Of a stretch of DNA of 64,000 nucleotides, positions 1-7,988 are shown piece after piece. How positions within the stretch are numbered: position 1 is the stretch's first letter; each line of letters opens with the position of its first letter. The position numbers were made by a program, and so were the translations under genes. Where the stretch lies: the IMG/VR virus record IMGVR_UViG_3300045988_152178; one strand, written 5' to 3'. Source of the DNA: a virus. The notes beneath the pieces were generated by a model. That model searched no databases and had not been told where the DNA came from. It was given only the letters and a program-made list of their open reading frames with translations.

Positions 1-120
1 GGAGCACCACCCCACCAGGAGGAGCACCACCCCACTAGGAGGAGCACCACCCCACTAGGAGGAGCACCACCCCACCAGGAGGAGCACCACCCCACTAGGA
101 GGAGCACCACCCCACCAGCC
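1..120. repeat. Six tandem copies of a 20-bp unit GGAGCACCACCCCACYAGGA, running off the left window edge
   Basis: Read directly. Units start at 1,21,41,61,81,101 and differ at one C/T position; the last unit ends in GCC. Frame 1 stays open to TAA at 157-159, so this could be the 3' end of an upstream CDS. A 20-bp period is not a multiple of 3. Confidence 0.9.
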
Positions 121-299
121 ACCAGGATGCAGCACCACCCAACAGTTTTTTATATATAATAAGGTATTTAAAATATCAAGTAACAACAAAAAAAAATAGG
201 GAACAAATAAGTTTATTTGCAAATATATGTATATTTAAGGCGTTTATTTGTGATTAAAGGTTAAAAATAAAGGAAAACATAAACTTTTTGCGGGAAATA

Positions 300-331
300 T
301 TTGCACGGAACAAATAAATATATTACCTTTG
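300..331 (+). promoter_or_regulatory. Bacteroidota-type promoter (TTTG -33, TAnnTTTG -7)
   Basis: TTTG at 300-303 and TACCTTTG at 324-331 with 20-nt spacing. No ORF for about 350 nt downstream. Confidence 0.5.
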
Positions 332-679
332 CAAGCGTAAAACAAAAGGTAATAGTTTTACGATTGATCTTTGACATATTTATATTTTGTGTGTAACTGC
401 AGGCAGTTACTCAAAATCACAAATGAAATGAAAAATATATAATAAGTTGTAAATACTTATTATTAGATATATAAGGATTTTCGCCGTTAACCTTAAGGAA
501 ACGGCGGGTAACAGCAACGGGCTATTATAAAGAAATGTAGCGAGCTGATAGGTAGTATATCGTATTGATACATTACACTATAAGACGGTGAAAACATTTA
601 GCTTTTGTAAAGGGGGCGGATCCCTTTATAGCCTCAAAATTAAAACAAGAAAGTATTAAACATTTAAAATTTAAAAGTT

Positions 680-1057
680 ATGAAAAAGGATTTAGTTATT
701 TCAACCATCGCAGCAATCGCCGCGCAAAATCCAGAAGGTTACACCGTTAACGCTGCAACTTTGCAGCCTATAACTTCTGGTTACGCTGTAGGCTTGTTAG
801 TTACTCAAGACTCGTTTGGCGCTGAAGGTCTCGTAAAGGTAGTTAATGTAATTGAAAAAATGCAGAATCAGGGAGAAGCCTCTCATTTTGATGGCCTCGC
901 TTTTGGCGGCTGGTATAACTCAAAAAATGGTCGTTATTATTACGATGCAACCGTAATTGTGAAGGATCGTGCAAAAGCCCTGGAACTTGCACGAGTTAAC
1001 AGACAGTTGGCTATTTATGATTTAGATAATTTAGAACAAATTAGACTCGACGATTAA
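680..1057 (+). CDS. hypothetical early protein (125 aa)
   Basis: Clean ORF with an A/T-rich leader (aaaatttaaaagttATG), followed by a GC hairpin. No motif recognised. Confidence 0.7.
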   Translation: MKKDLVISTIAAIAAQNPEGYTVNAATLQPITSGYAVGLLVTQDSFGAEGLVKVVNVIEKMQNQGEASHFDGLAFGGWYNSKNGRYYYDATVIVKDRAKALELARVNRQLAIYDLDNLEQIRLDD

Positions 1058-1067
1058 ATAAATCCAT

Positions 1068-1087
1068 GGGAGCCGGTTCCGGCTCCC
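1068..1087 (+). terminator. GC-rich hairpin after the gene (GGGAGCCGG TT CCGGCTCCC)
   Basis: Perfect 9-bp inverted repeat 11 nt after the stop codon, followed by TTATTA. Confidence 0.6.
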
Positions 1088-1099
1088 TTATTATCCCTT

Positions 1100-1129
1100 T
1101 ATTATAGAACATTTTAAAATTTAGAAATT
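1100..1129 (+). promoter_or_regulatory. Conserved early-gene leader motif, copy 1 (TATTATAGAACATTTTAAAATTTAGAAATT-ATG)
   Basis: TATTATAGAAC at 1100-1110, 30 nt before the ATG at 1130. The same motif and spacing occur before four other genes. Confidence 0.65.
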
Positions 1130-1567
1130 ATGGCAACAAAAATTTATAATAGAACAAATTTCGATTTTATAGTTAACGGCGAAAAGATTTCTTTTTTCTG
1201 CAATACTACAAATACAAAAAATGGTTTTTGTCATCATGTTTACGTTATAGGTGGTGGCAAAGATTATGAGCACACCCGCGTATCATATTATAATCGCACT
1301 TGGGAGTCCTTCGAGTATGAGACGGCTCTATATCACGCTATAGATAAGTTTCCCAAGAACTTACGTGAACCTTTGCGCCTCGAAGTGGAGGCGTTGGCCC
1401 TTGATGAACACAAGAAGGCGGAACGCTTTATAAAAGCATTCGCGGCTAATTTCGCAGCATTAAGCGACGAACAAAAGAAATTTGTGCGTGATCACACACC
1501 AGAAATCACAAACAAGAACCAGGCAAAAACCGTTAGCGCGTCCGTTGCCATGATGGCGGCACTATAA
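1130..1567 (+). CDS. hypothetical early protein (145 aa)
   Basis: ORF preceded by the conserved leader and followed by a hairpin. Confidence 0.75.
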   Translation: MATKIYNRTNFDFIVNGEKISFFCNTTNTKNGFCHHVYVIGGGKDYEHTRVSYYNRTWESFEYETALYHAIDKFPKNLREPLRLEVEALALDEHKKAERFIKAFAANFAALSDEQKKFVRDHTPEITNKNQAKTVSASVAMMAAL

Positions 1568-1606
1568 TATATAAGATTCCCGGGTGCAAAGGTAACCAGC
1601 CCAAAA

Positions 1607-1625
1607 CGGCGGATCATTCCCGCCG
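1607..1625 (+). terminator. hairpin CGGCGG-7nt-CCGCCG
   Basis: 6-bp GC stem between the stop at 1567 and the next leader motif. Confidence 0.4.
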
Positions 1626-1633
1626 GTACCCCC

Positions 1634-1664
1634 TATTATAGAACATTTTAAACTTTAAGGAATT
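1634..1664 (+). promoter_or_regulatory. Conserved early-gene leader motif, copy 2
   Basis: TATTATAGAACATTTTAAACTTTAAGGAATT, then the ATG at 1665 (31-nt spacing). Confidence 0.65.
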
Positions 1665-2495
1665 ATGGAAGCAAAGATAGATTTTAAGAATTTAGCAAAA
1701 GAGAATATCGTAATGATAGCAGCCCGCCTAGGCGATCTGAATGAAGACTTTGGCGACGTGTTCGCATGGATAAGCGATTCCGTTTCCGTCACGAAGCCGG
1801 AACGCTTCAGCAGCGAGGAAAACGCAAAGGAATACGGAATCCTGAAAAATGAGTTTTACATGCGCCGTGGTATGATTGATCGTAACAAGCCTATAAACTA
1901 CATTATAGGCACGGAAAAAGATTACCAGAACGCCGTAAAAACTTGTCTTCGCCGTAAAAAGAATGAGGAGGTAAAGAAGTACCGCGAACACGTCGAAAAA
2001 CTCGTTGACCGCTCCAACAAAGAAATTTTGGCGCTGAAGGCGCTAAAATCTGTGTGCCGCACCTTCGATGGTAAGGTGATAAATAAGCGATTCACGGAGT
2101 CTGTAGGCGCTGCTACGGGTTGTCATTGTTACTTTGATGATGATAGTCTGAACCTTGTAAAAAATAGCTGTGCTGGTCCTTATAAGGAAATCCATGTGCG
2201 CCTTTATTATAGATGGTACAAGAAATTTGAGAATTTCTGGCAGTGGAAGCCGCGCGACCGCATGGAGGCGGAAAAGGCAGTGTCTATTATAGATATAGAG
2301 ATAAGCGAGCTGCAGCATGAAATTAAGAGACTCCATGGCACCCGGAAGAATTACGCAAAGTACGTGGCGAAGGTGCGCAAAGTGGAAAAGCTCATCGAGG
2401 AACTCATCCGCGAAGATGTGTATATTCGAGGCTTCGCGATGGATCACGACCTGCAGCAGTATCCTCTAGTTACCGGTATTTGGAAGTGTAGTTAA
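1665..2495 (+). CDS. hypothetical protein (276 aa), Lys/Glu-rich and partly coiled-coil-like
   Basis: Long ORF bracketed by the leader motif and a hairpin. Confidence 0.75.
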   Translation: MEAKIDFKNLAKENIVMIAARLGDLNEDFGDVFAWISDSVSVTKPERFSSEENAKEYGILKNEFYMRRGMIDRNKPINYIIGTEKDYQNAVKTCLRRKKNEEVKKYREHVEKLVDRSNKEILALKALKSVCRTFDGKVINKRFTESVGAATGCHCYFDDDSLNLVKNSCAGPYKEIHVRLYYRWYKKFENFWQWKPRDRMEAEKAVSIIDIEISELQHEIKRLHGTRKNYAKYVAKVRKVEKLIEELIREDVYIRGFAMDHDLQQYPLVTGIWKCS

Positions 2496-2504
2496 AATAT
2501 TATA

Positions 2505-2532
2505 GGTGGCCCTGGGCATCATCCAGGGCACC
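2505..2532 (+). terminator. hairpin GGTG(G)CCCTGG-7nt-CCAGGGCACC
   Basis: 10-bp stem with one bulge. It directly abuts the TATTATAGAAC at 2533. Confidence 0.55.
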
Positions 2533-2558
2533 TATTATAGAACGTGTGAATTTTCACC

Positions 2559-2589
2559 TATTATAGAACGTTTTAAATTTTATAGATTT
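2559..2589 (+). promoter_or_regulatory. Conserved early-gene leader motif, copy 3 (a second, tandem TATTATAGAAC lies at 2533-2543)
   Basis: TATTATAGAACGTTTTAAATTTTATAGATTT, then the ATG at 2590 (31-nt spacing). Confidence 0.65.
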
Positions 2590-3297
2590 ATGTTTAATGC
2601 AAAGTTATATGTAGATGTTTTGACCAAGCAGGTAAAGGAAGACGGCCGACCTTATGAGATGGCGTTGAATGATTTTTGCGATTACCTTCTGGATTTATTC
2701 AGTGTGGAGGCGTTCAAGAATGATTTCAAGGGTCTTCTGAAATGGCAGCAGGAACGCTTTCAGGCAAAACCGCATTTCTGCTTTTTGGCTTTGGCCTGGA
2801 TGGATGATGTAACCAAGGCTATGGAGCAGGGAAAATGGCTTGATATTTTCGGCATGCTGTATGAGGAAATGTATTTGATAGCTGGTAAGGCTTCCAGAAC
2901 GGGGCAGTTTTTCACGCCTCCGGCTGTTTCGGATTTGATGAGTGAACTTGTAGGCACGAAGAAAAAAGAAGCCTCCAGCGTGAAAAAAGACGGGCTAAAA
3001 GTGAATGATTGTGCTGCTGGCAGCGGTCGCCTCCTTCTATCTCATTTTATCGAGGTTAGCAAGCAGAATCATTCAGCCGGTCGCCCTTATAGCTATATTG
3101 CACAAGATTCAGATCCGCTGGCCTGTAAGATGTGCGCCCTGAACATGATGATTCATGGAATGAACGGACGGGTAATCTGCCAAGATACCCTTACTTTGAG
3201 CACTCCAACGGTGGAGTATATCGTTAACGAAGTAAGATACCCGTTTATCACGCCTTATTATAGCGTGCGTGTAAAATCAGGGAATCCTCAAAAATAG
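2590..3297 (+). CDS. N6-DNA-methylase-like protein lacking the catalytic NPPF/Y motif (235 aa from the ATG at 2590; the track ORF starts at a GTG at 2506 inside the hairpin)
   Basis: TGQFFTPPAVSDLM (motif X), NDCAAGSGRLLL (SAM-binding motif I) and CALNMMIHG are as in HsdM / type IIG methylases. The ORF ends about 40 aa later with no (N/D)PP(F/Y). Confidence 0.7.
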   Translation: MFNAKLYVDVLTKQVKEDGRPYEMALNDFCDYLLDLFSVEAFKNDFKGLLKWQQERFQAKPHFCFLALAWMDDVTKAMEQGKWLDIFGMLYEEMYLIAGKASRTGQFFTPPAVSDLMSELVGTKKKEASSVKKDGLKVNDCAAGSGRLLLSHFIEVSKQNHSAGRPYSYIAQDSDPLACKMCALNMMIHGMNGRVICQDTLTLSTPTVEYIVNEVRYPFITPYYSVRVKSGNPQK

Positions 3298-3306
3298 GAT
3301 TCCCTG
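3278..3306 (+). terminator. hairpin CAGGGAATCC-9nt-GGATTCCCTG spanning the stop codon
   Basis: Perfect 10-bp stem. The TAG stop (3295-3297) spans the loop/right-arm junction. Confidence 0.55.
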
Positions 3307-3322
3307 GGAATAAAAAGAAACA

Positions 3323-3351
3323 TATTATAGAACATTTAAAATTTTAAGGTT
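3323..3351 (+). promoter_or_regulatory. Conserved early-gene leader motif, copy 4
   Basis: TATTATAGAACATTTAAAATTTTAAGGTT, then the ATG at 3352. Confidence 0.65.
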
Positions 3352-3996
3352 ATGGAAAAGAAAAAGAAATTTACAACGGTGTGCGATGCACGTTTAGCCG
3401 GTTTTGAAGGCTTTTATTGCTCTATTTGGAGCCCAGACGATGATATTTACTATTATGGTCTTGAGAATGGATTTGAGGAGGATAAGGATTTCTCTTTTGA
3501 TTATAAGGGATATTACAAGGCCATTTGCGAGGAGTACACCGAGGTTTGGGAAGGATGGATGCAGCAGTATATACACGAGGATATTAAACTGAATTTTCTT
3601 CAGGTATGGCAGCCACGCTTTTATAATTACGAGAATGATGCTTGCGTGGTTCGCATCAAACTTACTCACCAGGCTAAGAAGGCGATTATAGAGAAGGCGA
3701 AAAATCACCGTGATAAAATAGCCGGATGGATCAAGGAGAATTGCACCAGCTCAAGTGGTTTTATCTCCTTCCTGAGTAATGACATCGACGACTGGGGCGG
3801 CTGGGTACTTTTCGATACGGAGGCTTTTCACCAGGCAAATTATCTGGCATACATGCTCTATTATATTGTGAAGGCAGAATTGGAGGCAGATGGATATACC
3901 GATGAGCGCCCGGAGATTTACGCCTATGATGAGGTTAGTGACCAGGTGAGCACATTAAGTTATATCGACGATATAGACAAGGGCAAGGCAGCCTAA
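3352..3996 (+). CDS. hypothetical acidic protein (214 aa)
   Basis: Long ORF after the leader motif. Rich in D/E/Y/W. No family recognised. Confidence 0.75.
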   Translation: MEKKKKFTTVCDARLAGFEGFYCSIWSPDDDIYYYGLENGFEEDKDFSFDYKGYYKAICEEYTEVWEGWMQQYIHEDIKLNFLQVWQPRFYNYENDACVVRIKLTHQAKKAIIEKAKNHRDKIAGWIKENCTSSSGFISFLSNDIDDWGGWVLFDTEAFHQANYLAYMLYYIVKAELEADGYTDERPEIYAYDEVSDQVSTLSYIDDIDKGKAA

Positions 3997-4059
3997 GCGT
4001 TGCCCTATTATAGCCCATCGGAAAAATTAGTAATCACTCATTATAGAACATATAGAAAA

Positions 4060-4416
4060 ATGAAGAAATCATCAGTTATATATAATTTCGCTATCTCGCA
4101 GCAGCAGGAAAAATTTCTGCTGACTGCCCAGGAATACCCATGGAGTGTGCTCCAGGTAGTGACTTTCGAGCTACAATATTTCGACAAGGTTGTGGAGCTT
4201 TGTAAGCGCCGTGGTATGGTAGCCACCCACGACAAGGACCGCTCCTTCTGCATCATCCATCTTGGCAGTGGAGACCTGGGCGGCAAATATCCCGATAAGC
4301 ATATCAATACTGATACGCCAGCAGCTATCGACAAGTATTTGGAAGCCTTGCAGGATGCGATGGCTCAGGCAGCGGTATGGTATTATACGAATATTATAGA
4401 ACGTGTAAAAAATTAG
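4060..4416 (+). CDS. hypothetical protein (118 aa from the ATG at 4060; the track start at 4000 is a TTG inside the hairpin)
   Basis: ATTATAGAAC at 4040-4049 precedes the ATG at 4060. The upstream part of the track ORF covers the hairpin at 3981-4005 and the motif. Confidence 0.65.
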   Translation: MKKSSVIYNFAISQQQEKFLLTAQEYPWSVLQVVTFELQYFDKVVELCKRRGMVATHDKDRSFCIIHLGSGDLGGKYPDKHINTDTPAAIDKYLEALQDAMAQAAVWYYTNIIERVKN

Positions 4417-4421
4417 AAGTT
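4392..4421 (+). promoter_or_regulatory. Conserved early-gene leader motif, copy 5 (inside the 3' end of the previous CDS)
   Basis: TATTATAGAACGTGTAAAAAATTAGAAGTT, then the ATG at 4422 (30-nt spacing). Confidence 0.6.
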
Positions 4422-4682
4422 ATGGCAGAATATATGTTAGATATATATAAGATACGCAGATTTGCAAATGGGCATGTGACATCGGAGAAAGTCTCGAAAG
4501 TACTTAAAGAAAGTACGGTAAAACATGCGAAACGAGTTAACAAAAACGTTGGTTATAAGTATGTCGGACGCTATAAAGATATGTACGGCAACTATTATAC
4601 CAAGTATGAACGCAAGGACGAAAAGTTATCCGATTCCGAATGTGAAGTTTATTATAAGCAAATATTCACAAAATTAAAGTAA
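4422..4682 (+). CDS. hypothetical basic protein (86 aa)
   Basis: The ATG at 4422 sits at the canonical distance from the leader motif. Confidence 0.65.
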   Translation: MAEYMLDIYKIRRFANGHVTSEKVSKVLKESTVKHAKRVNKNVGYKYVGRYKDMYGNYYTKYERKDEKLSDSECEVYYKQIFTKLK

Positions 4683-4711
4683 ATATAGACTCAATTAAAA
4701 AATTAGAATTT

Positions 4712-5272
4712 ATGGAAGCAAAGAATAATAATAAGAACGGTATGAACGTTATAGAGAATGTAGAGAATGAAGTGCAGGTGACAGAAGAGAGCCGAAAGGC
4801 ATACGGCAGACCATCCGTTAACGAGGAGAAGGGATGGAAGCTGGATCACGTCATCCCTTTTGACTTCTACCACAACGCATATATCAAGAGCCACAAGGGT
4901 ATCGATGAGCTTGTGCGGATGGTATCGCAGGAGTGCCATATCAGCCCTGACGATACCAGTTCCTGGGCAAAGGACATCCGTACGATGATCAAGTATGCCA
5001 TCGAGCATTTCGACGAGCAGTTGGAGGATGACGAGGCGACTCCAGACGAGGAGAATGAACTCTTATCAGGGTGCTGGATAGGCGATGGTATCGAATTGCA
5101 ACATGAGGCCTTCTGGGTTGCTGACGGCTACGTTCCTCATACCTTCGAGGAGTTTAAGGCGGAACATATACGTGAGGGCTACTGGGAAAACATGCTTAAA
5201 GTGAAAGGTATGACGGAGGAAGAATATAAGGCATACTATAATGAGTGCTATGCGCAAGATAATGCGGCATAG
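4712..5272 (+). CDS. hypothetical acidic protein (186 aa)
   Basis: ORF with leader aaaaaattagaatttATGG. Followed by the hairpin GGGGAAGGC/GCCTTCCCC around 5320-5342. Confidence 0.75.
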   Translation: MEAKNNNKNGMNVIENVENEVQVTEESRKAYGRPSVNEEKGWKLDHVIPFDFYHNAYIKSHKGIDELVRMVSQECHISPDDTSSWAKDIRTMIKYAIEHFDEQLEDDEATPDEENELLSGCWIGDGIELQHEAFWVADGYVPHTFEEFKAEHIREGYWENMLKVKGMTEEEYKAYYNECYAQDNAA

Positions 5273-5645
5273 GATAAGATATACCGGGGTTATCCATAAT
5301 GCCCCACCATCCCATACAGGGGAAGCCTGAAAGCCTTCCCCTACCCCGTCCGGCAGACCGGCAGCGTGGAGCGACACCATGGCGGGGTGCATTATTCTTT
5401 TGAGAATAACTTTGAAATTTTAAATGTTTGTTAGCGGAAGCGTCCGCATTTGATTTACACGCTGCTTGTGGTCCGTGAGGATAGCAGCAGCATTTTTTCC
5501 CTCGCTGCCACGGCTGGCACCATCTATTGAAGATGTGAGGATCGACATCTCAAAGCGAACAATGACTGAAAAATAAGGTATAGAGTACTGAAAACGTGAT
5601 AAAACGTTAAAAATACATCTAAAATAGTATTTTATGTGTATTTTA

Positions 5646-5677
5646 TTTGGTGGTTTCAGAAATTATCCGTACCTTTG
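5646..5677 (+). promoter_or_regulatory. Bacteroidota-type promoter
   Basis: TTTG at 5646-5649 and TACCTTTG at 5670-5677 with 20-nt spacing, upstream of the gene at 5769. Confidence 0.55.
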
Positions 5678-5768
5678 CATCAGATAAAATAAGAAGATAA
5701 TATATAATACTAATAATAATCGGCTGTGCCAGATAGCCAAATAAGTCTCAAGGGCATGAGCAGAGAAT

Positions 5769-6689
5769 ATGATTATCACTTTCAAGGAGTTTAAGGACAA
5801 AGTTCATGAAGACGCTGACGTATGCTTTGGTTCGTTCAGATTTGACGAGGCCGACGAGCGCAAGGGTCGCGAGGTTTCTATCCATCGTTTTGGTAAGAGT
5901 GTGCAGTACCAATTTTGCGCTGCTTCCTGCATCTTTGATCTTCCGCTTGCAGATAGCTATAAGATGGATGTTTATACGGAGCATAAGTATTATGGTTATG
6001 GAAGTTATTACGGAACTTACTACGTAAAAGAGGGTACTCCTGTAGATTTCAATGTTAATAGGTTCTTTATCATCGCTCCTGACTTCCTCGCTGACATCGA
6101 GAAGGCTTACAAGCGCAAGAATGATTATAAGCACTGCTGCATCAATAACTACGTGATTTCTTCCGTTTCCGTGGCTTGTGCTACGTGGATGCGTCTTACT
6201 GACTACCTGAAAGGTAAGAATGAGGTGGAGCTTCTGGCTGGTTCTATCCGTATCGGCGCGTGCGAGAAGGATGAGATCAAGCGTGCAGCCAAGGTCCACA
6301 AGTATATCGTTCTTGCTGAGAAGGCTTTCAAGAAGTATTTGGAAGAGAAAGTTCTTGCTAACGAAGACGAATATCTGAGTATGCTTGCACGTAAGGCAGC
6401 AGAGAAGAAGGAGGAAGAGAAGGCAGCAAAGAAGGCTGTGAAGGCAAGAGCCAAGGAACAGGCTTATATCAAGGAGCATATCTGCGTATTTGATAAGGCT
6501 GGCGAAAAGGTAGATTTCAGTGCATCTCATCTCATCTGCCTCTGTCTGTATCTGGGCAAAATTACGGAGGTTTCGATGCAAAAATCGCCGAGGAAAACGG
6601 CGTGGAGTGCTACGAGTGGAAAGATTATGACGGATATAGCAAAAGATGCAATTTTACCATGGTGCGCCGTTCCTTCACCCTGTATCTGA
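5769..6689 (+). CDS. hypothetical protein, 5' portion of a gene apparently split by a frameshift
   Basis: The first 250 aa or so are protein-like. The tail after 6537 (LICLCLYLGKITEV...) looks non-coding, while the overlapping frame looks genuine. Confidence 0.6.
   Translation: MIITFKEFKDKVHEDADVCFGSFRFDEADERKGREVSIHRFGKSVQYQFCAASCIFDLPLADSYKMDVYTEHKYYGYGSYYGTYYVKEGTPVDFNVNRFFIIAPDFLADIEKAYKRKNDYKHCCINNYVISSVSVACATWMRLTDYLKGKNEVELLAGSIRIGACEKDEIKRAAKVHKYIVLAEKAFKKYLEEKVLANEDEYLSMLARKAAEKKEEEKAAKKAVKARAKEQAYIKEHICVFDKAGEKVDFSASHLICLCLYLGKITEVSMQKSPRKTAWSATSGKIMTDIAKDAILPWCAVPSPCI
6523..6537 (+). repeat. (CATCT)3 pentanucleotide tandem repeat at the frame-switch point
   Basis: Read directly: catct catct catct. 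With two copies, the 5769 frame would run into the 6602-7159 frame. Confidence 0.9.
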
Positions 6690-7159
6690 AGAAGGGATAT
6701 TATATCTATATCGTAGGCGGTCTGATTACCTTCGTGCGTGGCGAAATCAAGCGCCAGGGCGTGGCTTGCGAGTGGATTGAGCAGGGCAAGGCTATCGCTG
6801 ATATTAAGACCGTGAAGGGCTTCCTGGTAAGGGGTGAGCACATCGTAGCCAAATCTTTGAAGGAGGCGCAGCGTATCAGCGCCGAGAAGCGAAACAAGCA
6901 GGCTCTTAGTCTGCTGAATGCCAGAAGCAAGGATCAGCTCGTTTACCAGAAGGTAGGAAATCACATGTTTACCTTTGAGGAGTCTTTGGCTTCCGGCAAC
7001 TGCCGTCCTGGTACTCAGAACTTCAAAAACCGCTACGAAGCTGCCATCGGTCACGAGGCTACCGAGATTTCGCTTGCCGATCTTCGTAAGTATGGCAAGA
7101 AGTTCGGTCTTGAAGAATATACCGAGCGTGTTATCCGCTACGTTATGAACAAATTGTAG
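6602..7159 (+). CDS. hypothetical protein, 3' portion of the split gene (its frame is open from 6497)
   Basis: No ATG start. The frame upstream of 6602 reads PLSVSGQNYGGFDAKIAEENG, continuous with the ORF. Confidence 0.6.
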   Translation: MECYEWKDYDGYSKRCNFTMVRRSFTLYLKKGYYIYIVGGLITFVRGEIKRQGVACEWIEQGKAIADIKTVKGFLVRGEHIVAKSLKEAQRISAEKRNKQALSLLNARSKDQLVYQKVGNHMFTFEESLASGNCRPGTQNFKNRYEAAIGHEATEISLADLRKYGKKFGLEEYTERVIRYVMNKL

Positions 7160-7181
7160 AATTATATATTACTTATAGAAT

Positions 7182-7406
7182 ATGGAAAAAATGATATTAT
7201 CATCCTTGCAGCTATCCTCTGTAGCCAAAAGCTACTATGAGGGTAGCATCCCGAAAAATACCTTCGGAATGGAGAAGTATGTAGCCACAGATGGCGAGAA
7301 TGCGATGTTTGTAAAGTCAGACTATCAGCCTGCACCTGGCGAAGTGGTCTTCTATATCAAGCGCATGAGATCAGAGCTGTATTGCCAGCTTTACAGAGAA
7401 TCATAA
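7182..7406 (+). CDS. hypothetical protein (74 aa)
   Basis: ORF with leader acttatagaatATGG. Confidence 0.55.
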   Translation: MEKMILSSLQLSSVAKSYYEGSIPKNTFGMEKYVATDGENAMFVKSDYQPAPGEVVFYIKRMRSELYCQLYRES

Positions 7407-7419
7407 AACACTTGGAGAT

Positions 7420-7977
7420 ATGGCAAAAAGAGAAATTCCCCTGTTTATTATAGACACGCTGCGAAATCACAAGCGTGGTGAGTGCGACTTCATCGTCTGC
7501 ACTGATAAGGATTGCGGTTTCATCGCAAAGGTAGATTACATCGACGAGGAAAAGGAGGAGGTAGGCGATGATTACCGCATCGGTTTTCCTCGCCGTGGGT
7601 GTAGCCTGAGAATCAAGATTCATCAGATGATAGGGCAGCATCCTGATACGGGCAGGATAAGAACTTTGCTGAAGAAGGGTATGGAGTACTTCCTGAAGGC
7701 TGTTACCTGCGAGATTCACGTGAACAATCCGAGCCGTGAGGAGTGTGCTGACTTCCTGAATACGCTGGTCCGCATGAATAAGCAATATGTGGATGATGCC
7801 GGCTCTGATTATCACGCAAGACAGGCCACCATCCACTCCATTATGATGCTGGAGGCTACGAGAAAACTCCTTCTGGAAAAGCCGGAAGGTATCGAGATTG
7901 AGAACGGCGGCGATAATGATCCGCTCAAAGATGTAGATTTTCATAAAAATCATTTAGCCCTACCGCATCACGGTTAA
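7420..7977 (+). CDS. hypothetical protein (185 aa)
   Basis: Long ORF tightly packed after the previous gene. Confidence 0.7.
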   Translation: MAKREIPLFIIDTLRNHKRGECDFIVCTDKDCGFIAKVDYIDEEKEEVGDDYRIGFPRRGCSLRIKIHQMIGQHPDTGRIRTLLKKGMEYFLKAVTCEIHVNNPSREECADFLNTLVRMNKQYVDDAGSDYHARQATIHSIMMLEATRKLLLEKPEGIEIENGGDNDPLKDVDFHKNHLALPHHG

Positions 7978-7988
7978 GCGGAATAATT

